Positions 1-9,125 of a stretch of DNA of 32,000 bases are shown piece by piece. Every line of letters begins with the position of its first letter. The first letter of the stretch is position 1. Under the pieces are notes generated by a model, which worked only from the letters and a program-made list of their open reading frames with translations, searched no databases and was not told the DNA's origin. The DNA comes from Nonlabens ponticola (GTDB taxonomy: Bacteria; Bacteroidota; Bacteroidia; Flavobacteriales; Flavobacteriaceae), in the NCBI RefSeq assembly GCF_003966335.1, contig NZ_CP034549.1:1950001-1982000 (forward strand), given 5' to 3'. The position numbers and the translations under genes were made by a program.

Positions 1-1182
1 GATTTTCTCACCTGCTTTGATTTCAAAGTTCACACCTTCTAGCACTGGTGTATCACTACCTGGGTAATTAAATCGAACGTCCTTGAGTTCAAAACCGGAT
101 TTGATGACCTCAGGAATGGCAACAGGATTTTGAGTTTCTTGAGATAAAGGAATATCTAAGAAGTCAAAATAATCTCTCAAATACAGGGCGCTTTCTGAAA
201 TGCGCGTAAAACGAGAGAAGAATTGCTGTAAGTTGTTGCGCAGTCTATTGAATGAACCTGATAAGAATGTCAATTCACCAATGGTGAGCACACCAGCGAT
301 CACCTTAATTATGATAAAAATGTAAGCCCCATAATAAGACAGTGTCCCTAGAATATTGAAAAGAGAACCGTACAAGCTTTGTTTTAGTGATAGATTTTTA
401 TTAATCAAATAATATTTATGGGACAGCTTACTGAAGCGTTGCGCGATATAATCAGTCAGGCCGAATAGTTTCACCTCTTTGGCAGTGGTATTATTTGCTC
501 CTACATATCTCAAATAATCCAGCTCGCGACGCTCGGCAGTCCAGCTGCGTGCTAGGGAATATCGATGGCCGCTATATTTTGCCTCATTGATAAATGACGG
601 TATGATACTGAGAACCAATAAAACTATAAGCCATGGTTCAAAATAGATGAGCGCGGCAATTAAGGAGACGATAGAAATGATAGCTTGCACTTGGCTCAGC
701 GCATCACTCATCAGGTTTACACGACCATTGGTTTGCTGTCGCGCACGCTCAAGCTTATCATAGAACTCAGGATCTTCTAGTTGCTCAAGCGTTAACTCAT
801 TTGTCTTGCGTATTATTTTTTCCGACGAGGCATTTGAGTATAGATCTCCTATCAATCCATCTGTTAGCGTGATGCCGCGATTAAGAATTTCTGTGAACAC
901 AACAACACCTAATTCTATACCAACGAAAGTCCAAAGTCTGGTTAAATCCTGATTTTCTAGGCTTATTTGTAGGATAATCTCGTCAATGATGATCTTACCT
1001 ATCCACAAGGTAACCACCGGTGACAGCGCAGTGAGTAATCGTGCAAATGTGTTGAGCGTAAATAACTTCGGACTTACTCTCCAGATCTCCTTAAAAAATC
1101 GTGGTATCGCAGATAATGAGTCCAGTGAAAAGACTGATGTTTTTTTCTTATCTGTAATCGATTGTAATCGCGGTCTTGCCAT
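1..1182 (-). CDS. ABC transporter, fused permease/ATP-binding protein (N-terminal ~394 aa; 3' end outside the window)
   Basis: Absent from the ORF track because its stop is off-window. Hand translation of the reverse strand from the ATG at 1182..1180 stays open to position 1: MARPRLQSITDKKKTSVFSLDSLSAIPRFFKEIW...LEDPEFYDKLERARQQTNGR...FELKDVRFNYPGSDTPVLEGVNFEIKAGEKI. This is a typical ABC exporter TM domain running into the nucleotide-binding domain just before Walker A. Confidence 0.85.
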   Translation of the reverse strand, partial: MARPRLQSITDKKKTSVFSLDSLSAIPRFFKEIWRVSPKLFTLNTFARLLTALSPVVTLWIGKIIIDEIILQISLENQDLTRLWTFVGIELGVVVFTEILNRGITLTDGLIGDLYSNASSEKIIRKTNELTLEQLEDPEFYDKLERARQQTNGRVNLMSDALSQVQAIISIVSLIAALIYFEPWLIVLLVLSIIPSFINEAKYSGHRYSLARSWTAERRELDYLRYVGANNTTAKEVKLFGLTDYIAQRFSKLSHKYYLINKNLSLKQSLYGSLFNILGTLSYYGAYIFIIIKVIAGVLTIGELTFLSGSFNRLRNNLQQFFSRFTRISESALYLRDYFDFLDIPLSQETQNPVAIPEVIKSGFELKDVRFNYPGSDTPVLEGVNFEIKAGEKI

Positions 1183-1186
1183 CTAG

Positions 1187-1194
1187 CAAAGATA
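1187..1194 (-). promoter_or_regulatory. candidate Bacteroidota -7 promoter box TATCTTTG (consensus TAnnTTTG)
   Basis: Exact TAnnTTTG match on the minus strand, 4 nt upstream of the ABC transporter ATG (TATCTTTG-CTAG-ATG). Confidence 0.4.
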
Positions 1195-1283
1195 CTGGAG
1201 CATCTCGTTTAATTCTAGATAATGCTGAATGGGTAGGTATATTATCAACCTTCAAAAATAAAAAATGATAGCAATAGTATCAT

Positions 1284-1327
1284 AACTAATAGTAATGCTA
1301 TTAATTAAAAGTTAATTACTATTAGTT
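1284..1327. repeat. perfect 13-bp inverted repeat AACTAATAGTAAT (1284..1296) / ATTACTATTAGTT (1315..1327), 18-nt spacer containing TTAATTAA
   Basis: Read directly from the sequence. It lies in the divergent region between the ABC transporter (-) and a lipoprotein gene (+). Confidence 0.6.
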
Positions 1328-1343
1328 GGTAGAATTCTACTCG

Positions 1344-1351
1344 TATGTTTG
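1344..1351 (+). promoter_or_regulatory. candidate -7 promoter box TATGTTTG
   Basis: Exact TAnnTTTG match 31 nt upstream of the ATG at 1382. It overlaps the TTG at 1349 used by the ORF track, which argues for the 1382 start. Confidence 0.4.
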
Positions 1352-1381
1352 TCTCAACAAAAACAAAAAAGATTAAACATT

Positions 1382-2017
1382 ATGAAAAACCTATTTAAAC
1401 TCAATTTTATCGCTTTATTAGCTATCAGTAGCTTAATGGTCTCTTGTGATCAGAATAAAGCGGCTCAAAATTCATCAATTAACAAGGCAGCCGAGCAAAG
1501 CGAGAGCGAGGACACAAGTCAAGATCCTCTTCTTTACTCAGATGAGTGCATTTCTGAACGTGAAGTAGTAGAAGCACAAAAACTATGGGGTGCCGGTATT
1601 GTGCGCATCGGTAAAGTTTATACAGATGATGGTGATTACAGTAATGAGGCAGCAGACTTTATTCAAGACATGTATGCATATGATCTGAGTAGTGTTTTAT
1701 TTAAACCTACATTGGCTTCTGATGATCAATTTAGATCAAGCTTTGATGCAGCACTTTCATATTTTGTTGCAGGTAATGAAGCTTATCCAGAAGATAAGGG
1801 GTTTGCAATTAAACCTTATAATAAAGTTACCTTTGATAATACTGGTATCATAAATAATAGTTGTCGTATGGCGGTGGCAATGGGTAATTATTACTTTACA
1901 GCCCTTGACGGTAGTGAGACAAAAGTTGAATACACTTTTGCCTATGTCAAAGACAAAACTGGAAAACTAAGAATAGTAGCACACCAGTCTTCACTGCCCT
2001 ATGCACCAGTAAAATAA
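1382..2017 (+). CDS. hypothetical lipoprotein (function unknown)
   Basis: ORF track 1349..2017. The internal ATG at 1382 gives MKNLFKLNFIALLAISSLMVSCDQ, a lipoprotein signal peptide with a lipobox-like Cys. I recognise no family with certainty. Confidence 0.7.
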   Translation: MKNLFKLNFIALLAISSLMVSCDQNKAAQNSSINKAAEQSESEDTSQDPLLYSDECISEREVVEAQKLWGAGIVRIGKVYTDDGDYSNEAADFIQDMYAYDLSSVLFKPTLASDDQFRSSFDAALSYFVAGNEAYPEDKGFAIKPYNKVTFDNTGIINNSCRMAVAMGNYYFTALDGSETKVEYTFAYVKDKTGKLRIVAHQSSLPYAPVK

Positions 2018-2082
2018 CATCATTAAATCTTGTCATGCCCAACTTCATAATTAAAGTTGGGTATGATTTTTAAATCAAACTC

Positions 2083-2781
2083 ATGAGAAACTATTTTTTA
2101 CTACTCCTAATTTCCGTAGGATTTACCACATCCATCAATGCTCAAGGTCCAGATGAAGATCAATTAGGAGCATGGTACATGTATTTTTGGAATACAACTT
2201 TTAACGAGTCAAATTGGGGTGTGCAAGGAGACTATCAATATCGTGATTGGAGAGGTTTGGGTGACCGAGAGCAGCTGCTATTGCGCACAGGTGTGACGTA
2301 CACACCAACAGACTCTGGCGTAAAGTTTACCCTAGGTTATGCAAATATTACATCCGGACAATACGGTACGGACATAGATGCACCGTCAACTGAAAATAGA
2401 ATTTATCAAGAAACTCTTTTTGGTCAGACTATTCTAAAGAAAATGTTATTGACTCATAGAATCAGGTATGAACAACGATTTGTTGAAGATCAGGATTTTA
2501 GAACCCGATATCGATATAATCTCTTTGTAAATGTTCCATTCACGGGCACTACACTGGATAAGAACACTATGTATTTTGCATTCTATAATGAGATATTCAT
2601 AAATGGTGAACGCAATATAGGTGAAGGTCGTAACGTCCAATTTTTTGATCGCAATCGAACTTATTTAGGATTAGGTTATGCTGTGAACGATAACGTACGG
2701 TTTCAGTTAGGATGGATGGAACAAACGACCGCTAGCTTTCAAAAAGGACAATTACAATTCAGTATGCATCATACATTTTAA
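2083..2781 (+). CDS. DUF2490-like outer-membrane protein (hypothetical)
   Basis: 232-aa ORF with signal peptide MRNYFLLLLISVGFTTSINAQ. Aromatic-rich alternating pattern and C-terminal F (..FSMHHTF) typical of a beta-barrel. The N-terminal LGAWYMYF..W..QGDYQYR pattern resembles DUF2490 from memory. Confidence 0.7.
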   Translation: MRNYFLLLLISVGFTTSINAQGPDEDQLGAWYMYFWNTTFNESNWGVQGDYQYRDWRGLGDREQLLLRTGVTYTPTDSGVKFTLGYANITSGQYGTDIDAPSTENRIYQETLFGQTILKKMLLTHRIRYEQRFVEDQDFRTRYRYNLFVNVPFTGTTLDKNTMYFAFYNEIFINGERNIGEGRNVQFFDRNRTYLGLGYAVNDNVRFQLGWMEQTTASFQKGQLQFSMHHTF

Positions 2782-2907
2782 TATACTCAATTTTTTATCA
2801 TTACTAAAAATCTCATGATTTTGCGATTTCATTCAAGCGAATTTACAGACTGATTTACAGGATGCGAGGCTTAATTATTAGATTACCTGTATGTTATATG
2901 CAAGTTG

Positions 2908-2915
2908 TATCTTTG
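2908..2915 (+). promoter_or_regulatory. candidate -7 promoter box TATCTTTG
   Basis: Exact TAnnTTTG match 16 nt upstream of the ATG at 2931. Confidence 0.4.
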
Positions 2916-2930
2916 AATAACAATGTGATT

Positions 2931-3671
2931 ATGAAAAAGACTTTTTACATTATAGTTCTTCTCCTTACTGTCAATACAATAAATGCCCAGGTAGGTATAG
3001 GGACACCTATGCCAGATCCATCTACTATTCTTGATATTGTTGATACAGAGCGTGGTGTGTTACTACCTAGAATGACTAATGCACAACGAGATGCCATTGT
3101 CGATCCAGCGCCAGGATTGCTATTTTATAATGTGGATGCAGATCAAATCCAGATCAATGCCAATAGTGCAGCGGCGCCTGTTTGGGAAGAATTTAGCCTC
3201 GTACCTGCAACAGCAAGTGCGCCTGGAGATTCTATAAAGTATGAAAATACAGATGTGACTACGGATATTAATGCCAACACGGCTTATAGCAACTTACCTA
3301 TTTTTGGCACAGAATTGTGGAATGACAATACATCACTATATAGTGTAACTGGTGAAGAATTGACAATAGCGATCGCTGGTCGATACAATTTAAGAACTAA
3401 CGTTTCCATAATCAATCCAGGAACTAATGGTGCTAGGCAATCACCGGAACTGCGATACTTTGTCAATGGAGTTGCTGTTGGTTCTTACGCTTCAACTGGA
3501 TATATAAGACGTACTGGTGGACACCAAGAAAGTAGCTTACATCTCGATGAAACTTTTGATATCCCAGCCGATGCTGTAGTTACCGTTAGAGTTCGCAGGA
3601 TTGGTAGCACTGGACCAGTAAATCTAAGAGAAGTAGGTGCATCCAATATCCTTATTACTAAGATTAGATAG
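2931..3671 (+). CDS. hypothetical secreted protein
   Basis: ORF track 2862..3671. The internal ATG at 2931 gives signal peptide MKKTFYIIVLLLTVNTINAQ, followed by VGIGTPMPDPSTILDIVDTERGVLLPRMTNAQRDAI..PAPGLLFYNVD. I recall this N-terminal motif as recurrent in Flavobacteriia secreted proteins. Confidence 0.75.
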   Translation: MKKTFYIIVLLLTVNTINAQVGIGTPMPDPSTILDIVDTERGVLLPRMTNAQRDAIVDPAPGLLFYNVDADQIQINANSAAAPVWEEFSLVPATASAPGDSIKYENTDVTTDINANTAYSNLPIFGTELWNDNTSLYSVTGEELTIAIAGRYNLRTNVSIINPGTNGARQSPELRYFVNGVAVGSYASTGYIRRTGGHQESSLHLDETFDIPADAVVTVRVRRIGSTGPVNLREVGASNILITKIR

Positions 3672-3682
3672 AATTCCGTTTT

Positions 3683-3702
3683 CCTGCCTGCCCGCAGACA
3701 GG
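3683..3702. terminator. GC-rich hairpin CCTGCCTG-cccg-CAGACAGG (7 of 8 bp) between convergent genes
   Basis: Seen in the sequence between the stop at 3671 (+) and the stop at 3720 (-). One mismatch, and no strong T-run downstream. Confidence 0.3.
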
Positions 3703-3719
3703 TACGAAGGCAACAATGG

Positions 3720-4811
3720 TCACTTATCTGAACTTATCCTGCTGAAAATCGTAGCTGCCACCAAACCAATTAAAGAAAATACGGCCAGCATCATAAACAC
3801 ATATTGATGTCCTCGCTCACCAGGCCAGCCATCAAGAAAATAACCAATCGCTGGTCCCATGAATATATCGGGAGTATAACCAACAAGCGAAATCAACCCA
3901 ATCGCAGTACCGGTCACCGCAACGGGAATCTGTCCTTCTTGCAAGGCGGCAAAATATAATGTTCTAAAAGCATAAACGCCTGTAGCGACTATAAGGATTG
4001 ATCCTAAGAATAGAGTAGTGGTAGATGGTTCTATCCAGCCGGCGGCAAATAATATGGATCCTACAAGCATTATACAAAAACCTAACATCATCATAAGTGA
4101 TGTTTTGGTTTTATCAGCTAGCAATCCTATCGTGACTCCTATGATGGGTCTTATGTATAATAAATAAGTTCCCACTTGGGCTGATTCTACATCATTCATT
4201 CCCATGACATCACTGGCGTATAATGAGAAAACATCAGTTATTTTGTAACCCGTGTAGGCACATAAAATAATGATCATAAGCAGGTAAACCGCTGGTATTT
4301 TGATGACAGTTGCAAAATTGTCGAATAAATCTCGCCAATTAATTGCAACTGAATTTGTTTCTTCCACAGGTTTAAGAAAAAACAGTATCAATAAACCAAC
4401 CAGCCCAATGATTGCACTGCTCACAAGTATCACTTGGCTAAAGGCTTCTTGTCGATCTTCTAGCGATAAATTTATCTCTTGCTCTGGTAGAAACAGCGAG
4501 AATACCAATATTCCTAAGGATCCAAAACCTGCTGCTACCAAACCACGACCACCATCCAATAATCCAAAAGCCAAGCCTTGATTATCACTGCCACCCCAAA
4601 TTCTAGTAGCCTTTAACATCGCCGCCCAAAAAAGAAATATGGTAGTGAAACCCCAGTAACCGTACAGAATCTGCAAGGTCCAGAATTCAGGAAAGCCAGA
4701 ATATACAAGGCCGCCTGCCGCTGTACTGAACAAGGCGATAGCAATCAAATATCTGGGAGCAAACTTATCTGCTATGGAGCCACCAAATAAATAGGAAACA
4801 AAAGCGACCAC
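3720..4811 (-). CDS. MFS transporter (the annotated GTG start is probably too short; the frame stays open to 4982)
   Basis: 363-aa multi-TM ORF. The same frame continues upstream as KVDLKPIKKWLNIALLILAGEAVFILPFVLARVFRPTVLEVFQINNVELGACFSTYG, which looks like the conserved first TM helix of an MFS protein but contains no ATG, GTG or TTG. Confidence 0.8.
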   Translation of the reverse strand: MVAFVSYLFGGSIADKFAPRYLIAIALFSTAAGGLVYSGFPEFWTLQILYGYWGFTTIFLFWAAMLKATRIWGGSDNQGLAFGLLDGGRGLVAAGFGSLGILVFSLFLPEQEINLSLEDRQEAFSQVILVSSAIIGLVGLLILFFLKPVEETNSVAINWRDLFDNFATVIKIPAVYLLMIIILCAYTGYKITDVFSLYASDVMGMNDVESAQVGTYLLYIRPIIGVTIGLLADKTKTSLMMMLGFCIMLVGSILFAAGWIEPSTTTLFLGSILIVATGVYAFRTLYFAALQEGQIPVAVTGTAIGLISLVGYTPDIFMGPAIGYFLDGWPGERGHQYVFMMLAVFSLIGLVAATIFSRISSDK

Positions 4812-4969
4812 ACCATAGGTAGAAAAACAGGCACCTAGTTCAACATTGTTGATTTGAAAAACCTCAAGAACTGTTGGCCTAAAAACTCTAGCTAGTACAA
4901 ACGGCAGTATAAAAACTGCCTCACCAGCTAGAATTAATAACGCTATGTTGAGCCATTTTTTGATAGGCT

Positions 4970-6079
4970 TTAAATCAACTTTTTACTAGGCTTATCAAAA
5001 TAGGAGAAACTCTGATCTGCCTTGAGTTCGAGTAAAGTTTCATAAATCATCTTGATCACATTCTCAACGTCGTCACGATGAACCATTTCTACCGTTGTAT
5101 GCATGTATCTTAACGGTAACGAGATCAACGCGCTAGGCACGCCACCATTACTGTATGCAAAAGCATCGGTGTCTGTTCCTGTAGATCTACTGGTAGCACG
5201 ACGCTGGAAAGGTATTTTCTTAGCCGTGGCCGTATCTAGAATCAAGTTGCGCAATCTGTTTTGCACAGCTGGCGCATAGGCTACTACTGGACCTTTACCA
5301 ATGGCCGCATCACCATTTGATTTTTTATCAATCATAGGCGTGGTTGTGTCGTGTGTTACATCAGTAACAATCGCGACGTTGGGTTTGATGGTTTGTGTGA
5401 TCATCTCAGCACCACGCAGGCCTATTTCTTCTTGAACACTGTTCGTTACGTATAGCCCAAAATCCAGTTCTTTCTTATTTTCCTTGAGTAGTCTGGCAAC
5501 TTCGGCAATCATGAAACCGCCCATGCGATTATCCAGCGCGCGACAAACAAACTTGTTTTTATTGAGCACGATAAATTCATCTGGATAGGTAATCACACAA
5601 CCTACATCAACACCTAGTTTTAAAACTTCTTCTTTGTTTTCTGCACCTACATCAATAAAGATATTGTCCTGCTTTGGTGCTTCTTCCTTGCTTTTATTGC
5701 GCGTGTGGATCGCTGGCCAACCAAAGACTCCAGTAACAATTCCTTTATCAGTATGGATATTCACGCGTTTTGAAGGTGCGATTTGATGATCGCTACCACC
5801 GTTGCGCACGACATAAATAAGACCATCATCAGTGATATAATTCACATACCAGGCAATTTCATCTGCGTGACCTTCAATGACCACCTTATATTTTGCCTCT
5901 GGATTGATGACACCAACGGCGCTACCATAGTTATCGGTGATAAACTCATCAACATACGGTTTCAAGTAGTCCATCCATACTTGTTGACCGTTCCATTCAT
6001 AGCCTGTAGGCGATGCGGTATTAAGGTATTCCTCGAGAAATTTGAGTGATTTATCAGTTAGGATGCTATTTTTTGCCAT
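4970..6079 (-). CDS. M42 family metallopeptidase (glutamyl aminopeptidase / FrvX-CelM-like)
   Basis: ORF track 4970..6112. The ATG at 6079 gives MAKNSILTDKSLKFLEEYLNTASPTGYE... The body (VIEGHADEI..., ALDNRMGG..., VQEEIGLRGA...) matches the M42 family from memory. Confidence 0.85.
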   Translation of the reverse strand: MAKNSILTDKSLKFLEEYLNTASPTGYEWNGQQVWMDYLKPYVDEFITDNYGSAVGVINPEAKYKVVIEGHADEIAWYVNYITDDGLIYVVRNGGSDHQIAPSKRVNIHTDKGIVTGVFGWPAIHTRNKSKEEAPKQDNIFIDVGAENKEEVLKLGVDVGCVITYPDEFIVLNKNKFVCRALDNRMGGFMIAEVARLLKENKKELDFGLYVTNSVQEEIGLRGAEMITQTIKPNVAIVTDVTHDTTTPMIDKKSNGDAAIGKGPVVAYAPAVQNRLRNLILDTATAKKIPFQRRATSRSTGTDTDAFAYSNGGVPSALISLPLRYMHTTVEMVHRDDVENVIKMIYETLLELKADQSFSYFDKPSKKLI

Positions 6080-6145
6080 GGATATTGATTTTTGCGTGAA
6101 GATAAGAACCACCTACATATTAGGTAGGTTAAAGCTGGTTATTCT

Positions 6146-6153
6146 TATTTTTG
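6146..6153 (+). promoter_or_regulatory. candidate -7 promoter box TATTTTTG
   Basis: Exact TAnnTTTG match 26 nt upstream of the ATG at 6179. Confidence 0.4.
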
Positions 6154-6178
6154 GAACGCTTTTTGGCAGCTATTTATC

Positions 6179-6982
6179 ATGTGTATGACCAGATTACTTG
6201 TTGTGATGTTGTTGTTGGGTTCTGCTTTCGCGAAAGCGCAATCCACACCAGCCGACTCTACAAAAACACCAGACCTAGAATACTACTATGTAGATGGTGA
6301 CAGTGTGAGTTCTATCGAGCTTGAAGAAGTCCTGTTAATACCAGAGCTCAAATTTACCAGTCGATATGAACGAGTACGCTATGCCATCCTACAGCGAAAG
6401 ACCAAAAAAGTATGGCCATACGCAAAGCTTGCCGCAGAACGTCTAACAGAACTTGACCGCCGACTCGCAACGATAGAAAACAAGCGCGATCAAAGGCGAT
6501 ATGCCAAAATGGTAGAGAATTATATAGAAGATGAATTCACAGCAGAGCTTAAAAAACTAACTACTACCGAAGGTCAAATACTCATCAAACTAATTCACAG
6601 GCAAACTGGTGATAACGCCTTTGAGCTTATCAAAAGACTGCGCAGTGGCTGGAGTGCTTTTTGGTTTCATAATACCGCAAAGGTTTTTGATATCTCGCTC
6701 AAAGAGGAATTCAAACCCACTACGATTGTAGAAGATTTTTACATCGAAGATATTTTACAGCAGCAATTTAAACGCGAGACCTTAGAAAGTCAGTCGCCAG
6801 CCATTCCCATAGATTACTATACTGGTCGCAGCCTATGGAAAGAATATGAACGCAACCTACCGGCAGATTATGACTCCATCAATCTTGCCAAACGATCTGC
6901 ACGCATCGCAGAATATCGCGCCAAGAAACGAAAGGAAGCGCAAAAAGCTAGCCGTCGTAAAAAACGTAGGAATAAGAATTAA
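6179..6982 (+). CDS. DUF4294 domain-containing secreted protein
   Basis: 267-aa ORF with a signal peptide ending SAFAKAQ and a basic C-terminal tail. The core ...RVRYAILQRKTKKVWPYAKLAAERL...TTTEGQILIKLIHRQTG... resembles Bacteroidota DUF4294 from memory. Confidence 0.8.
   Translation: MCMTRLLVVMLLLGSAFAKAQSTPADSTKTPDLEYYYVDGDSVSSIELEEVLLIPELKFTSRYERVRYAILQRKTKKVWPYAKLAAERLTELDRRLATIENKRDQRRYAKMVENYIEDEFTAELKKLTTTEGQILIKLIHRQTGDNAFELIKRLRSGWSAFWFHNTAKVFDISLKEEFKPTTIVEDFYIEDILQQQFKRETLESQSPAIPIDYYTGRSLWKEYERNLPADYDSINLAKRSARIAEYRAKKRKEAQKASRRKKRRNKN
6224..6237. repeat. iterated palindrome GCTTTCGCGAAAGC, copy 1 (inside a CDS, reads AFAKA)
   Basis: Exact 14-mer, codon-aligned in the DUF4294 gene, encoding the signal-peptide end SAFAKAQ. 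Confidence 0.95.
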
Positions 6983-8217
6983 TCCAATTCATTCATCGCC
7001 TCGATGCGCTGTTGCAAACTAGGATGTGAGTAGTGCAGGAAAACGTAGGCTGGATGTGGCGTGAGATTACTCAAGCTGGTTTTTGACAATGTTTTTAATG
7101 CATTGATAAGCGGTTGTGATTTATACGTACGACTTGCATACTCATCGGCCTGGTATTCAAATTTTCTGGATAACCAGCTCATCACGATTCCTGTGATGGT
7201 AGAAATAGGCGAGTAGAGCAGTCCAAAGGCCACCAAACCTACATGAAAAGATGGTGTAGCCACTCCTAATGCTTGGGATAACGTCTCGCTATCAACGACT
7301 AATGAGAAAATCCAAAGGGTAAATCCAGTAGTTAGCGTGCTAGCAATCAAATTATAGATGATATGTTTTTTCTTGTAATGACCTACTTCATGAGCAAGCA
7401 CTGCCACGATCTCATCATGGGATAGTTTGTCAATTAATGTATCATATAAAGTCACGCGTTTCTCACTGCCGAATCCGCTGAAATAAGCATTGGCCTTTGT
7501 CGATCGTTTGCTGCCATCTATCACAAAAATTTTATCCAGTTGAAAACCAACGCTACTCGCATAAGTATTGATAGAGCTTTTTAGATCTCCTTCGCTCAAC
7601 GGCACTTGTTTATTAAATAGCGGTACAATCAATCGTGCATAAAACATATTCATGATCATGGTAATCATGAAGGCTAATATCCAAACATACCACCAGAAGT
7701 TATCGCCAGCCCATCGATAGCATAGTATTACCAGCGCAAGAAAGCCACCGCCTAAAATTGCCGTGAGCAACCAACCCTTGATTTTGTCTATAATAAATAG
7801 TTTTTTGGTTGTCTTATTAAAACCAAATCGTTCCTCTATAACAAAAGTGCCGACATAGGAGAATGGCAAAGAAATGAGTTCACCAGCAGCCGCGATAATT
7901 CCAAAAAAAATGATCGCTACTAAAATATCGTTATCAGTATAAGTTCTTGCCCATGAATCTACAATCGCAAAGCCATCAACCATGAGGAAAATCAAAATTG
8001 CCAGAAAGGAAAACGAACTTGAAATGGTACCAAATCTAAAATTGACCCTTTTGTAATCTTGCGATTTACGGTATTCCTCTTCATCATAGACATCACTTAG
8101 AGAGTCTGGAACAGGTTTAGAATACCACGTATAATTAAGATAGCTCAATGTACGTTCCAGAGCAAAGTCAAAGACCAGAATCCCAATGATGATGTAGAAC
8201 AAAGTTTGTGCTTCCAT
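6979..8217 (-). CDS. M48 family metallopeptidase (Ste24/HtpX-like)
   Basis: 412-aa multi-TM ORF with the zinc motif LAHEVGHYKKKH (HExxH). Confidence 0.9.
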   Translation of the reverse strand: MEAQTLFYIIIGILVFDFALERTLSYLNYTWYSKPVPDSLSDVYDEEEYRKSQDYKRVNFRFGTISSSFSFLAILIFLMVDGFAIVDSWARTYTDNDILVAIIFFGIIAAAGELISLPFSYVGTFVIEERFGFNKTTKKLFIIDKIKGWLLTAILGGGFLALVILCYRWAGDNFWWYVWILAFMITMIMNMFYARLIVPLFNKQVPLSEGDLKSSINTYASSVGFQLDKIFVIDGSKRSTKANAYFSGFGSEKRVTLYDTLIDKLSHDEIVAVLAHEVGHYKKKHIIYNLIASTLTTGFTLWIFSLVVDSETLSQALGVATPSFHVGLVAFGLLYSPISTITGIVMSWLSRKFEYQADEYASRTYKSQPLINALKTLSKTSLSNLTPHPAYVFLHYSHPSLQQRIEAMNELD

Positions 8218-8291
8218 GGGGCTAAAGTACTATTATCTAATAGTGTACTTGAAACAATTGCTTTGAACTTATTAACGCCACTCAGGATGTT

Positions 8292-9110
8292 TCAGAAACC
8301 TCGCTGGCGTGCTGCTTCAAATAACAAAATTGCCGCACTTACTGATACGTTCATGCTATCAATGGCACCGCGCATAGGTATGATCACATTTTGCACCGCA
8401 GCATCTCGCATCTCTTGTGATAGTCCTGTAGCTTCTGTTCCTACCGCAATGGCAGTGCTGCTGGTATAATTGATCAAATCATAGCGTTCACTAGCCTGCA
8501 ACGTGGCAGCATATAAATTGATGTTTTGCTCCTTCAAAAACAAGATGGTTTCTGTGGTCGATGATGTGATTACAGGAACGGTGAATACACAACCTACACT
8601 TGACCTGATGACATTAGGATTATAAAGATCTGTAATGGAATTTGTAATGATCACGGCATCTACTTTTGCAGCGTCTGCAGTACGCAATAGCGCTCCTAAG
8701 TTGCCTGGTTTCTCTGGCGATTCTGCAATAAGTATGAGTGGATTGGTATCTAATTGTAATGAGGATAATTGTTGGGATTTTGCTTTCGCGAAAGCAATAC
8801 AACCTTCAGTACCGCTGCGATAGGCGAGCTTCTCATAGACCTCACTGCTCACCGCGATAACCTCGGTAGATTCCTTAATATTGATGTGCTTTTCAATTTG
8901 ATCTCTGGTAAATTCACTACTTTCTAGGAATACCTCACCACAAATTAGTAACTGCGTCAACTCAAAGCCACCATCTAGCGCTAATTGTATTTCCCTTTTT
9001 CCTTCAACGAGAAACAAGCCCTCTTTTTTGCGAGCTTTACTCTTGCGCTGCAGCTGTTCCGCAAGACGTATGGTGGCATTATGTGGGCTCGAGATGAATT
9101 TCAAAAGCAA
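8292..9110 (-). CDS. TrmH/SpoU family RNA 2'-O-methyltransferase
   Basis: 272-aa ORF with a TTG start in the track. Contains ...LFLVEGKREI..., PEKPGNLGALLRTADAAKVDAVI and NVSVSAAILLFE, typical of the SpoU methylase family. Confidence 0.85.
   Translation of the reverse strand: MLLKFISSPHNATIRLAEQLQRKSKARKKEGLFLVEGKREIQLALDGGFELTQLLICGEVFLESSEFTRDQIEKHINIKESTEVIAVSSEVYEKLAYRSGTEGCIAFAKAKSQQLSSLQLDTNPLILIAESPEKPGNLGALLRTADAAKVDAVIITNSITDLYNPNVIRSSVGCVFTVPVITSSTTETILFLKEQNINLYAATLQASERYDLINYTSSTAIAVGTEATGLSQEMRDAAVQNVIIPMRGAIDSMNVSVSAAILLFEAARQRGF
8780..8797. repeat. iterated palindrome copy 2 (core 8782..8795; perfect palindrome extends to 18 bp TTGCTTTCGCGAAAGCAA; inside a CDS, reads AFAKA)
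   Basis: Exact core, codon-aligned on the minus strand in the TrmH-family gene (CIAFAKAKS). Confidence 0.95.
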
Positions 9111-9125
9111 GATATTGCTGTGTGA

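Noticed and set aside
986-1186. 66-aa plus-strand ORF from the track
   Set aside because: It lies entirely antisense to the N-terminus of the clearly coding ABC transporter frame (1..1182, -). It has no recognisable features.
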